A stretch of 64,000 nt of DNA from Chitinophagales bacterium (GTDB lineage: Bacteria > Bacteroidota > Bacteroidia > Chitinophagales > UBA10324). The stretch is from the NCBI GenBank assembly GCA_019694975.1, contig JAIBAY010000007.1, positions 73,720-137,719 of the forward strand, read 5' to 3'. Shown here in pieces: positions 1-8,747 of this stretch (its first letter is position 1; each line of letters begins with the position of its first letter). Both the position numbers and the translations under genes were made by a program. Below the pieces are notes generated by a model that saw nothing but the letters and a program-made list of their open reading frames with translations, had not been told where the DNA came from and ran no database searches.

Positions 1-290
1 GAAATGTCAATGCCTTCATCCGCAATTGATTTATCAGCTATCTCCCCGTAGGCCTCTTCCACTTCATGCAGGTAGAATTGCGCAAGCGGGCCATTCTTAT
101 GCTGCAGGGACAAGCCGAGTTTCAAAGTATAATACTGAATGTCGCGCATGTGCTCGCCGAGATGAATGTCCGCAGCCGTAAATGTTTGCTGCTTTGCTGC
201 TGCCTGCTCTTTTTCAATTTGGGGAGAACAGGAGATAACCATTGTGCTGATTGCTATTGCAAATACAAAACAGCGCGCTACCTTTTTCAT
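1..290 (-). CDS. hypothetical lipoprotein (3' part lies outside the window)
   Basis: A minus-strand ATG at ~288-290 opens a frame that stays open to base 1: MKKVARCFVFAIAISTMVISCSPQIEKEQAAAKQQ... (signal peptide plus lipobox-like VISC). It is absent from the ORF track because it has no stop inside the window. The + ORF 66..341 is its antisense shadow. Confidence 0.45.
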   Translation of the reverse strand, partial: MKKVARCFVFAIAISTMVISCSPQIEKEQAAAKQQTFTAADIHLGEHMRDIQYYTLKLGLSLQHKNGPLAQFYLHEVEEAYGEIADKSIADEGIDI

Positions 291-414
291 TTGTTCTTCA
301 TTAACACTTTCATGCAATTTAGCGGTACATCCGTAACATGAAAAATAAAATTAAAATTGAACCAAACCACTGCCATGCAGCGTTACGTACATTCATTCAA
401 TTAATTTTCGCATC

Positions 415-912
415 ATGAAAAATTTGTTCATCATCGCCCTGTCTGTCAGTTTACTTTCTTTCAGTGCCTGTGCGCAAAATGAAAGCAAACCCGCCGTCAC
501 GCAAAAAACCACCTACCCTGTTATGAAATCAGATGCCGAATGGAAAAAGATCCTCACGCCGGAGCAATATCACATCCTCCGCGAGAAAGGAACGGAACGC
601 GCCTTTACCGGTGCCTACTACGATAATCACGAAAAAGGAATTTACTACTGCGCTGCCTGTCACCAGGCGCTTTTTAACTCCGACACCAAGTTTGAATCCG
701 GCACCGGATGGCCCAGCTTCTGGCAACCGGTCAGCAAGTCAGCCGTTGTGATTGGCGCCGATAACAGCTATGGCATGCAACGCGATGAAGTGCTGTGCAG
801 CAATTGCGGCGGCCACCTCGGACATGTCTTTGATGACGGGCCAAAACCAACCGGCCAGCGCTATTGTATGAATTCAGGCGCCATGAAATTTGAAAAAAGC
901 GCCGGTAAATAA
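415..912 (+). CDS. msrB: peptide-methionine (R)-S-oxide reductase MsrB with N-terminal signal/lipoprotein leader
   Basis: 165-aa ORF with SelR/MsrB hallmarks: CAAC and [16 protein letters not shown] Zn/catalytic Cys motifs, GTGWPSF and RYCMNS. It has a hydrophobic leader ending LLSFSAC. Confidence 0.93.
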   Translation: MKNLFIIALSVSLLSFSACAQNESKPAVTQKTTYPVMKSDAEWKKILTPEQYHILREKGTERAFTGAYYDNHEKGIYYCAACHQALFNSDTKFESGTGWPSFWQPVSKSAVVIGADNSYGMQRDEVLCSNCGGHLGHVFDDGPKPTGQRYCMNSGAMKFEKSAGK

Positions 913-1014
913 ATAAGCTGCCACCGCTATCTCCGTCCTGCGCAGGTTTGAAAAAACGAAGTGCCATGCAGCATGAGATATATTCTGTGCTGCTGACCTA
1001 TCTTTGCCCCGTTT

Positions 1015-1713
1015 TTGAAAACCGCTTCCCCCATCGTTGACGTGATCATTCCCGCTTTTAATGAGCAGGAAGCCATCGGAAAGGTAATTGCCGGCATTGA
1101 CAAGCGCCTCGTGCGTGAAGTCGTGGTGGTAGATAACAATTCAACCGACAACACGGGCATCATGGCGGCGAAAGCCGGCGCAACGGTGCTGACAGAAAAA
1201 CGAAAGGGCTACGGTTCAGCCTGCCTGAAAGGGATAGATTATCTCAGCGGCAAGGCAGTGCCGCCGGGCATTGTGGTTTTCATTGACGGCGATTATTCAG
1301 ATTTCCCGCAGGAAATGGAAAAACTCATTACACCCATCATGCATCAGCAGGCCGATCTGGTGATCGGCTCACGTGTGCTGGGTAACAGGGAGAAAGGTGC
1401 CATGCAGCCTCAGCAGGTCTTCGGCAACTGGCTGGCCACGCGGTTGGTGTATCTGTTTTATGGCGTACGCTTCACCGATCTCGGGCCTTTCCGCGCTATA
1501 AAATGGCAGTCATTGCAACAACTTGCCATGCGTGATAAAGATTATGGCTGGACGGTGGAGATGCAGCTGAAGGCCGCGAAAAATAAACTCGCATGCACCG
1601 AAGTCGCCGTGAACTATAGGAAACGAATCGGCATTTCAAAAGTGTCGGGTACCGTGAAAGGAACTTTCATGGCCGGTTATAAAATCATCACTACTATTTT
1701 TAAATACCTGTGA
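1015..1713 (+). CDS. family-2 glycosyltransferase (small, soluble GT-A type)
   Basis: 232 aa with DVIIPAFNEQEAI, VVVDNNSTDNT and FIDGDYSD motifs typical of GT2 / polyprenol-phosphate sugar transferases. Its stop overlaps the next start (ATGA at 1710-1713). Confidence 0.85.
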   Translation: MKTASPIVDVIIPAFNEQEAIGKVIAGIDKRLVREVVVVDNNSTDNTGIMAAKAGATVLTEKRKGYGSACLKGIDYLSGKAVPPGIVVFIDGDYSDFPQEMEKLITPIMHQQADLVIGSRVLGNREKGAMQPQQVFGNWLATRLVYLFYGVRFTDLGPFRAIKWQSLQQLAMRDKDYGWTVEMQLKAAKNKLACTEVAVNYRKRIGISKVSGTVKGTFMAGYKIITTIFKYL

Positions 1714-3251
1714 ATATGGAAGGTTTGGCTGTTATTATCATTATCGTCTATGGACTCTCGCTGCTTTTCATTTTCTGCTATAGCCTCATTCAGCTAAGCC
1801 TGCTGCTCAGCTACCTGCGTCATAAACGCATCGCACGCCACAGCGCGGTTGCCGCACAGCCGCTGCCTTCTTCGGTTCCGCAGGTTACCGTACAGTTGCC
1901 TGTTTACAATGAGATATATGTGGTGGAAAGACTGCTGGATGCCGTGGCGCAGTTCCGCTATCCGAAAGATAAATTACAGATTCAGGTGCTCGATGATTCA
2001 ACAGATGAAACATCAGCGCTTATCAGGAAGAAAGCATTCGAGCTGCAGCAGGCCGGATTCACCGTGGAACATATTCAGCGTGAAAACAGGAAAGGCTTCA
2101 AGGCCGGCGCTTTGTCGCATGCACTGGACAGCGCCACCGGAACCTTTATCGCCATCTTCGATGCCGACTTCCTGCCGCGCCCCGATTTCCTGGTAAGTAC
2201 GCTTCCCGCATTCAGCGATCAACAGGTGGGCATGGTGCAGACACGGTGGGAACACCTCAACAAAAATCATTCGCTGATCACGCGGCTGCAGGCTTTTGCC
2301 CTTGATGCACATTTCACCATCGAGCAGGCAGGCAGAAATGCCGCCGGCCATTTCATCAACTTCAACGGCACAGCCGGCATCTGGCGGAAAAAATGCATTG
2401 AAGACGCCGGCGGATGGCAGTCTGATACACTGACGGAAGACCTTGACCTTAGCTATCGCGCTCAATTGCGCGGCTGGAAATTTGTGTACCGTGAAGATCT
2501 CGGAACGCCTGCCGAGCTACCGGTGGCCATGACGGCTTTAAAAAATCAGCAGTTCAGGTGGAACAAAGGAGCGGCGGAATGTGTGCGCAAAAACCTCGCT
2601 TCCGTCTTGCAAAAAACAGGCTTGTCGTCTTCCACTAAGTTGCAGGCAACTTTTCATCTGCTCAATTCCACCATCTTTCTATTCATCATGACGGCGGCTT
2701 TGCTCAGCATACCGATGCTGTTCATCAAAAACTACTTCCCGTCTTTTGAATTCCTGTTTCTGTATGCATCCTTCTTTCTCGTCAGCCTGCTGATTCTCGG
2801 TGCTTTCTACTTTGTATCGTATGCGCAGCAGGCAAAAAAATTCCCGCGTAACATCATCGGTTTCCTTTTCATCTTTCCGCTTTTTCTATCGGTCAGCATG
2901 GGGCTTGCGCTGCACAATGCCATCGCAGTGCTGCAGGGTTATTACGGGGTAAAAAGTCCCTTCAATCGAACCCCAAAGTTTAATGTGGAAAGCGGCCATA
3001 CAGGCTGGAAGCAGAACCGGTATCTCGAAAAAACAAAATCGATGATGGCCATAGCAGAAATGCTGCTCTCCGTCTATTTTGTTGCCGGCATCGTGATGTC
3101 ATTTGTCTTCCATGATTACGGATTGCTGCCTTTTCATGCAATGCTGGCATTCGGGTTTGGTTTTGTCAGCCTGTCGTCTCTGATACATTCACAACAGGGA
3201 ATAAAAAAATATGGTGCGCTGCGCGGAAGGTTCAAAATGGCCCGCGGCTGA
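1710..3251 (+). CDS. membrane-embedded processive family-2 glycosyltransferase (cellulose-synthase-like fold)
   Basis: 513 aa with an N-terminal TM helix, VQLPVYNE, LDDSTD, FDADF, TEDLDLSYR and QQFRWNKG (QxxRW) motifs, followed by several C-terminal TM helices. Confidence 0.85.
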   Translation: MNMEGLAVIIIIVYGLSLLFIFCYSLIQLSLLLSYLRHKRIARHSAVAAQPLPSSVPQVTVQLPVYNEIYVVERLLDAVAQFRYPKDKLQIQVLDDSTDETSALIRKKAFELQQAGFTVEHIQRENRKGFKAGALSHALDSATGTFIAIFDADFLPRPDFLVSTLPAFSDQQVGMVQTRWEHLNKNHSLITRLQAFALDAHFTIEQAGRNAAGHFINFNGTAGIWRKKCIEDAGGWQSDTLTEDLDLSYRAQLRGWKFVYREDLGTPAELPVAMTALKNQQFRWNKGAAECVRKNLASVLQKTGLSSSTKLQATFHLLNSTIFLFIMTAALLSIPMLFIKNYFPSFEFLFLYASFFLVSLLILGAFYFVSYAQQAKKFPRNIIGFLFIFPLFLSVSMGLALHNAIAVLQGYYGVKSPFNRTPKFNVESGHTGWKQNRYLEKTKSMMAIAEMLLSVYFVAGIVMSFVFHDYGLLPFHAMLAFGFGFVSLSSLIHSQQGIKKYGALRGRFKMARG

Positions 3252-3448
3252 TGACTTGACAGGCAATATGGATGATCACAGTTTCGCGTCCTCACCCAGA
3301 TTATAAGATGCCGGTCCATATTAATCGCGACGGCAGGACGGCATTGAAGAAATGTAGTATCCAATTTTCATCTTTGTCGCATCAATCATCCATGTCATAA
3401 AAAATCATATAAGCTACACCCTGCAAATACGTTATCGCTACATTAGAA

Positions 3449-3472
3449 GTCATCCCGAACTTGTTTCGGGAC
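3449..3472. repeat. solo copy of hairpin module H1 (GTCATCCCGAACTTGTTTCGGGAC) between convergent genes; possible bidirectional terminator
   Basis: A perfect 7-bp stem TCCCGAA/TTCGGGA with a 4-5-nt loop. It has the same sequence as the H1 module of the repeat arrays at 34.6-36.4 and 44.2-45.2 kb. It lies between the stop of the GT2 gene (3251) and the stop of the SDR gene (3492). Confidence 0.7.
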
Positions 3473-3491
3473 CTGATCCACATAAATAATC

Positions 3492-4277
3492 TCACAATGA
3501 TCCTGTCCTTCCGCCATCTACCGCTATACTGATACCTGTAATATAACCTGCCGCCGGCGAGGCCAGGAAGGCCGCCGCCGCGGCCACCTCCGCGGGGTCA
3601 GCAAAGCGGCCCATCGGAATTTCCGCCAGCATTTCTTCTTCAATATCTTCAGGGCTTCTTCCCGTTTTCTGCGATTTGCCGGATATTATTTCCCGCAACC
3701 TTTCCGTATTCGTGGCGCCGGGCAATACATTATTCACCGTGATGCCGGATGATGCAAGTTCATTCGACAGCGTCTTCGACCAGCTTGCCACGGCACCGCG
3801 TATGGTGTTGGATACACCGAGGCCGCGTAACGGAATCTTTACCGAGGTAGAAATGATATTGATGATGCGTCCATACTTGCTCTTCTTCATGCCGTGCAGC
3901 AGTGCCGTCGCCAGCAGGTGGTTGCAGATCAGGTGATTGCTGAAGGCTTTCTCAAACTGCTCCGGCGTTGCATCCACAATATTGCCTGCAGCCGGGCCGC
4001 CGGTATTGTTCACGAGGATCTGATACGTTGTATCCTTTAGCTGATGAAAGATCAGCTCCTTCAGTTCATCGGGTTTTGAAAAATCAGCCAGCATAAAATC
4101 ATGCTGTTGTCCCATCGTTGTGTCGAGTTCGCGGATAGCTGACAGCAACGAGTCTTCATTGCGCGCTGTGAGTGTGATGTTGGCTCCCTGTGCAGCGAGC
4201 GCAACCGCCACTGCCTTTCCAATGCCTTTGCTGCTGCCGCATACGAGGGCATTTCTGCCGGTGAGTGTTGTATTCAT
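3492..4277 (-). CDS. SDR-family oxidoreductase
   Basis: 261 aa with the Rossmann motif ALVCGSSKGIGKAVAVALA, NNTGG, and a C-terminal ...GYITGISIAVDGG typical of classical short-chain dehydrogenases. Confidence 0.88.
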   Translation of the reverse strand: MNTTLTGRNALVCGSSKGIGKAVAVALAAQGANITLTARNEDSLLSAIRELDTTMGQQHDFMLADFSKPDELKELIFHQLKDTTYQILVNNTGGPAAGNIVDATPEQFEKAFSNHLICNHLLATALLHGMKKSKYGRIINIISTSVKIPLRGLGVSNTIRGAVASWSKTLSNELASSGITVNNVLPGATNTERLREIISGKSQKTGRSPEDIEEEMLAEIPMGRFADPAEVAAAAAFLASPAAGYITGISIAVDGGRTGSL

Positions 4278-4459
4278 AAGATTTACTTTGAGAACGGTTG
4301 AAGATGCGATGCAGAATAAATTTCTAAATTTACTTAAGTTTGATGGTGATTGATGAGCTGTAAATGACTGATGCCGTGATGCCTTGATATTTCATCAGCT
4401 TTCCGCTGCTTCACTTTTCATTCCGTAACCTTGTGACCCTTTAACAACCAATTCCTCCA

Positions 4460-4972
4460 ATGATACAACGCGCCTTCAGCTTCAAGACATGGATAGATGA
4501 AAACAGGCACCTCCTCAAACCACCCGTCGGCAACCGGCAGGTGTATGTCGGCAACGACAACTTTATTGTGATGGTGGTAGGCGGTCCCAACTCCCGCAAA
4601 GATTATCATTACAATGAAACGGAAGAATTTTATTATCAGCTCGAAGGCGACGTAGTGGTGAAAATTGTGGAAGACGGAAAGTTTGTGGACATACCCATTA
4701 AAGAAGGCGAGATTTTCCTGCTACCGAAACAAACCCCGCATTCCCCGCGGCGCGGACCCAATACCATCGGCCTTGTGATGGAAGTGTACCGCCCCGATGC
4801 CAAAGACGGCTTTCAATGGTATTGTGAAAATTGCGGCAACATGCTGCATGAAGAAAAACTGCATGTGAGGGACATCGTGAAAGACCTTCCTGTAGTGATG
4901 AATAATTTCTACGCCTCTCAGGACCTGCGCACCTGTAAGAAATGTGGCCATGTGATGGAGCCGCCTAAATAG
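4460..4972 (+). CDS. nbaC: 3-hydroxyanthranilate 3,4-dioxygenase
   Basis: 170-aa cupin with LKPPVGN, KDYHYNETEEFYYQLEGD (His/Glu Fe ligands), QTPHSPRR, and a C-terminal CENCGN...CKKCGH rubredoxin-like site. This is the canonical HAAO pattern. Confidence 0.88.
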   Translation: MIQRAFSFKTWIDENRHLLKPPVGNRQVYVGNDNFIVMVVGGPNSRKDYHYNETEEFYYQLEGDVVVKIVEDGKFVDIPIKEGEIFLLPKQTPHSPRRGPNTIGLVMEVYRPDAKDGFQWYCENCGNMLHEEKLHVRDIVKDLPVVMNNFYASQDLRTCKKCGHVMEPPK

Positions 4973-5319
4973 CCGGCACTTACATTTTCAGGCAGAATCA
5001 TTTGCAGCAGCTTCGCTACCGGTAAATCAATGTACGTTCACTATGTTATTTCTTGCCGGTAAAATCCCGTTTGCGGTAAGCCAGAACACTTGCACAACAG
5101 ATTAATACACGCCTTCATTTTCGGTTAACGATTCCCTTTCCCGCTACATATTACTGATTTTTAACAGTAAGAAATTCACCTATTTTAGCGCGAAAAGAAT
5201 AGGAGCATGCCTTAATTTTGACAGGCGGCTGTAATTCCAAACAATTTGTCCTAAATTTGGTTGATAGACAGGGAATTGTGTGACCGGCAATCGTTCATTC
5301 GTACCAAAAAACATCGCAG

Positions 5320-7710
5320 ATGGGGATTTTTACAAACACTAACGATGGCGGTAAAATCAAAATCATACAATTGGTTGTATGGCTTTTATTGTTTCTGCCA
5401 TGCTTCAGTTATGGGCAGGCGCAGACTTTTACCATGGCCAATACCACTATCACCCTTAGTGGTACTTATCCTTCGACATATACTTTTTATGATCCGGGAG
5501 GAAGCGGTGGAACAAATTCCCCATGTGCCGGAACCGGTGTAGCACCCGATTATCCAAATAATGCTAATTATGTGGAGACATTTTATGTCGGTACCGGGCA
5601 AAGCATAGTCGTTGCATTCATCACCGGCGCCATTGCTGCAAATGACTATCTGTATATTTATGACGGACCTTCTACAGCTTCAACGCTTTTAGCCACCTAT
5701 ACGAATGTTTCGTCAATGACTTCGTCTGTAGGTTCATCTTCCAATTCAATTACTTTTAAATTTACGTCTGATGCAACGGTAACCTGCAAAGGCTGGCAAG
5801 CTACGTTTACCCGTAATTATTTCATGCAGCCCGGCACGTATTCTTTGGATTGCAATTCTGCCTATTTCTCTGATCCTTCCACCGCACATGTGACATCAAC
5901 CGGCAGTACCACTTGCAATACAGGTAGTACCAGCGGTGATTATCTCGACAGTCAGAATATGGTGCAAACCTTCTGCACCGGCGGTACGCAATACATTACG
6001 GCCACCTGGAACTCCGGGCTTAACCCGTTTTATATCTGCGCCAGTGATATCTTAAAAGTGTATGACGGTAACAGTACTTCCGCATCACTGATGCAGACGT
6101 ATACAAATCTCTCGGCAGCACCTGCAGCCGTGAGTTCTTCCGGCTCCTGCATCACCTTTGAATTTGTCTCTGATGGCAGCAGTCATGAGAAGGGATGGAA
6201 TGCGGCCCTGTCTTGCGGCACCATAGTGACGCCGGCAAATGATAACTGCACGGGTGCCATTTCTGTTACTGCCGGGTCACCCTGTACCTCAACACCAGGT
6301 ACTACGCAAAGTGCTACAGCATCAGGCTCGCCGACAGTGGCTTCCGGTACCCCGAATGATGATGTCTGGTATTCTTTTGTAGCCACCACATCAAATCCCA
6401 CTATCACCGTAACAGGTACCGGTGCCAGCATGCAGCCGGTGGCACAGTTATGCGTAGGGCCCAATACATCGCCCACACAATCTACCCTTGGCGGAACGGT
6501 GTTTATGAATTCCGGCGCAGCACTCGGCACGGCTACCTTAACACCTACCGGCCTTACCACAGGAACCACCTATTATGTAAGGGTTTTTGATGCCAGTGCA
6601 TCCAATGCAGCTTACACCTTTACCATCTGTATCACCGGTGCCACGCAGCAGGATTGCGCCGGTGCCCTTAATGTTAACAGTTACTTCTCCCTTTCCGGTA
6701 CTGCCACCAGTTACGGTGCGCAGGAGTACAATGCTACTTCCTTCGGCTGCCTTGTAGGCGGTGAGCACCGTTCACTCTGGTATAAGATGAAAGTAACGAG
6801 TGCCGGCAGTATTGCCTTCTCCTTAACGCCTGCCACGGGCCAGGATATTGATTTCGCCATCTGGGGGCCAACCACGCTGGCCAGCAGTTGCACGATCACG
6901 CAAAGTTCCGCTCCATTGCGTTGCACATTTGCGGCTAACGGCGGTTCTGTGGGCGGATTGAGTGACTCCTATACCGATGCAACAGAAGGGGCTGTCGGCG
7001 ACGGGTGGCTGCGGTCCATCGGCTGCCCGACCTGTACCTCTTCGTATGGAGAAACTGCAGTGGCAATCGGACAATACTACACCTTCCTCATTGACGGCTG
7101 GTCGTCGTTCAATGGCAACAGCCTGACGCTTACATGGACGGGTACTTCCTCGTTACCGATCATACTGTCTGATTTTCACGGTGAGAGTTTCTTCGATTAC
7201 AACCAGCTTGACTGGGCTACGGCTTCAGAGTATAACAATGATTTCTGGACGATTGAACGCTCGGCAGACGGTGAAGTGTTTGAACCGCTCACCGTGATGG
7301 AGGGTTATGATAACTCCACCACTTCCAGGACTTATCAATACTACGACCGCAGTCCGCTCAATGGTAATAACTATTACCGTTTAAAGCAGACGGATATCGG
7401 CGGCACCTATACATATTCCAACATTGTGTTGCTGAAAAATTTCGGCAAAGAAATTTCGGTGGAAGACATCTATCCAAATCCGACCAATGGATCTGTGACG
7501 CTTAATCTGTATGCCGGTGAAAACTACCAATGCATTGTGCGCGTACTGGATGAAACAGGAAAAGAGATGTTTCAATACAACGAAGAACTCATACAAGGGA
7601 ATAACTTCCTGCATCTTGATGTAAGCCAGTTGCATACAGGTATTTATTTCCTGCAACTGATGAATCCGCGGACGGGGAATGTGCAGACGAAGAAACTGGT
7701 TAAGATGTAA
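5320..7710 (+). CDS. secreted T9SS cargo protein with two CUB-like repeats and a type-A Por C-terminal sorting domain
   Basis: 796 aa with the leader IIQLVVWLLLFLPCFSYGQAQ. It has two ~120-aa repeats (YDPGGSGG...LYIYDG...ITFKFTSD...GWQA and GDYLDSQN...LKVYDG...ITFEFVSD...GWNA). The C-terminus IYPNPTNGSVTLNL...GIYFLQLMN...KKLVKM matches the T9SS CTD pattern. Confidence 0.85.
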   Translation: MGIFTNTNDGGKIKIIQLVVWLLLFLPCFSYGQAQTFTMANTTITLSGTYPSTYTFYDPGGSGGTNSPCAGTGVAPDYPNNANYVETFYVGTGQSIVVAFITGAIAANDYLYIYDGPSTASTLLATYTNVSSMTSSVGSSSNSITFKFTSDATVTCKGWQATFTRNYFMQPGTYSLDCNSAYFSDPSTAHVTSTGSTTCNTGSTSGDYLDSQNMVQTFCTGGTQYITATWNSGLNPFYICASDILKVYDGNSTSASLMQTYTNLSAAPAAVSSSGSCITFEFVSDGSSHEKGWNAALSCGTIVTPANDNCTGAISVTAGSPCTSTPGTTQSATASGSPTVASGTPNDDVWYSFVATTSNPTITVTGTGASMQPVAQLCVGPNTSPTQSTLGGTVFMNSGAALGTATLTPTGLTTGTTYYVRVFDASASNAAYTFTICITGATQQDCAGALNVNSYFSLSGTATSYGAQEYNATSFGCLVGGEHRSLWYKMKVTSAGSIAFSLTPATGQDIDFAIWGPTTLASSCTITQSSAPLRCTFAANGGSVGGLSDSYTDATEGAVGDGWLRSIGCPTCTSSYGETAVAIGQYYTFLIDGWSSFNGNSLTLTWTGTSSLPIILSDFHGESFFDYNQLDWATASEYNNDFWTIERSADGEVFEPLTVMEGYDNSTTSRTYQYYDRSPLNGNNYYRLKQTDIGGTYTYSNIVLLKNFGKEISVEDIYPNPTNGSVTLNLYAGENYQCIVRVLDETGKEMFQYNEELIQGNNFLHLDVSQLHTGIYFLQLMNPRTGNVQTKKLVKM

Positions 7711-7813
7711 CAGGCGGAAACAGATGTAGCGGGAAGCGGAAGATCTGTTATTTTGCAGTTGGATCTTTCCTGCAGGGAGCGGGTGAAATTGTTAAACAAC
7801 AATTTATGAAGAA

Positions 7814-7847
7814 GGGAAACCGGACGCTTGTTCCTGTTTCCCTTTTT
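7814..7847 (+). terminator. rho-independent terminator downstream of the 796-aa gene
   Basis: GGGAAACCGGAC-gcttg-TTCCTGTTTCCC hairpin (about 11 bp with one mismatch) followed by TTTTT. Confidence 0.6.
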
Positions 7848-7992
7848 ACTTTTCTAATCTTACCTCCTATGCTTACAAGCTTATCATCTGTGACAGCCTT
7901 CAAATAATGACATTCCCTAAAGACAACTCGTACCACCTATATTCATTCTGGAAGAACCTCCTTCCAATTCGCGACTCACCCCTTTAAAGGAA

Positions 7993-8328
7993 TCACGGAA
8001 TCAACTTCATCTTTCCCGGATTCTTTGATTTTATCAATGCAACCTTCCTGTCACGTTTAAACAGTTTAATCTCCTTCTCACGCCAGATCGCAGCAGTTAG
8101 GTACGGATAACATTCATAATATACCGGTTCATAACAAAAATATCTGCCGGCAAATGTTTTACGGTTTCCGCGGTTCTGCAAATGCTCTGACATCCTTCGC
8201 TTCAAATTATTTGTTACACCGGTGTAAAATGCAGTGCGGCCCGGATTAGATGTGATGTAAGTGCAATAGGGATTTATACAATCGCTTCTCATATACAAAA
8301 CCGATATGCAATTAATAAAATATAGCAA
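7993..8328 (-). CDS. stand-alone GIY-YIG nuclease family protein (likely start at Met13, ~8292)
   Basis: Motifs CTYITSN...FYTGVTNNLKRRMSEHLQ...REKEIK, i.e. the GIY-(x)-YIG / R / E core of the small UPF0213-type nucleases. Confidence 0.85.
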   Translation of the reverse strand: MLYFINCISVLYMRSDCINPYCTYITSNPGRTAFYTGVTNNLKRRMSEHLQNRGNRKTFAGRYFCYEPVYYECYPYLTAAIWREKEIKLFKRDRKVALIKSKNPGKMKLIP

Positions 8329-8692
8329 TCTGTAAAAACGATCAAAACCTCGGAAGATGACTTTGACCGGTGTAACCTATTAGATAGAAATTATGAAATC
8401 AGGCCGCATAGACTTTATACTGCCAGCGAGCGATTGCCCGTGCTATAGATCAGATAAGGTTTATGTAATGTTGTTCTGAAGTATTCGCGGTTATATTACC
8501 CTATCAATTCTTTATCTGAGTTGCAGGAAGTTTCCCTCAGCATCACAACATTGAGCGTTGTCACAAATGTCAGGCGGTCATTGCATCGTAACTCTTCTAT
8601 GGCAGAGTTTAAGATGGATAAAAAACGTTTTGGCATGGTGCGAACGATCATTCACTCTATCAATACAACCCTTTCCACAGAAAGTGATTTGC

Positions 8693-8727
8693 AAAAAAAA
8701 ACTCCCCCGAAATCGAGGGAGTTTTTT
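8693..8727. terminator. bidirectional rho-independent terminator after the 1,947-aa gene
   Basis: AAAAAAAA-ACTCCC-ccgaaatcga-GGGAGT-TTTTTT. An A-run and a T-run flank a GC-rich stem. It lies 20 nt downstream of the minus-strand stop at 8748. Confidence 0.6.
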
Positions 8728-8747
8728 CATCTGAATTTTATTCAGGA

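Noticed and set aside
66-341. A + strand 91-aa ORF at the window start.
   Set aside because: It has a Cys/Leu-rich, low-complexity translation. It lies antisense to a better minus-strand frame that begins with a clear lipoprotein signal peptide (ATG at ~290).
3492-4277. The SDR appears to have SNTIR where classical SDRs have the catalytic YxxxK.
   Set aside because: This rests on a by-eye alignment of one segment. Without a proper profile alignment I cannot tell whether the catalytic Tyr is really missing, so I am not reporting it as a finding.
5252-5259. TAAATTTG upstream of the 796-aa gene matches the Bacteroidetes -7 promoter consensus TAnnTTTG.
   Set aside because: I found no TTTG -33 element at a suitable distance. 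A single 8-mer match in A+T-rich DNA is not enough to call a promoter.
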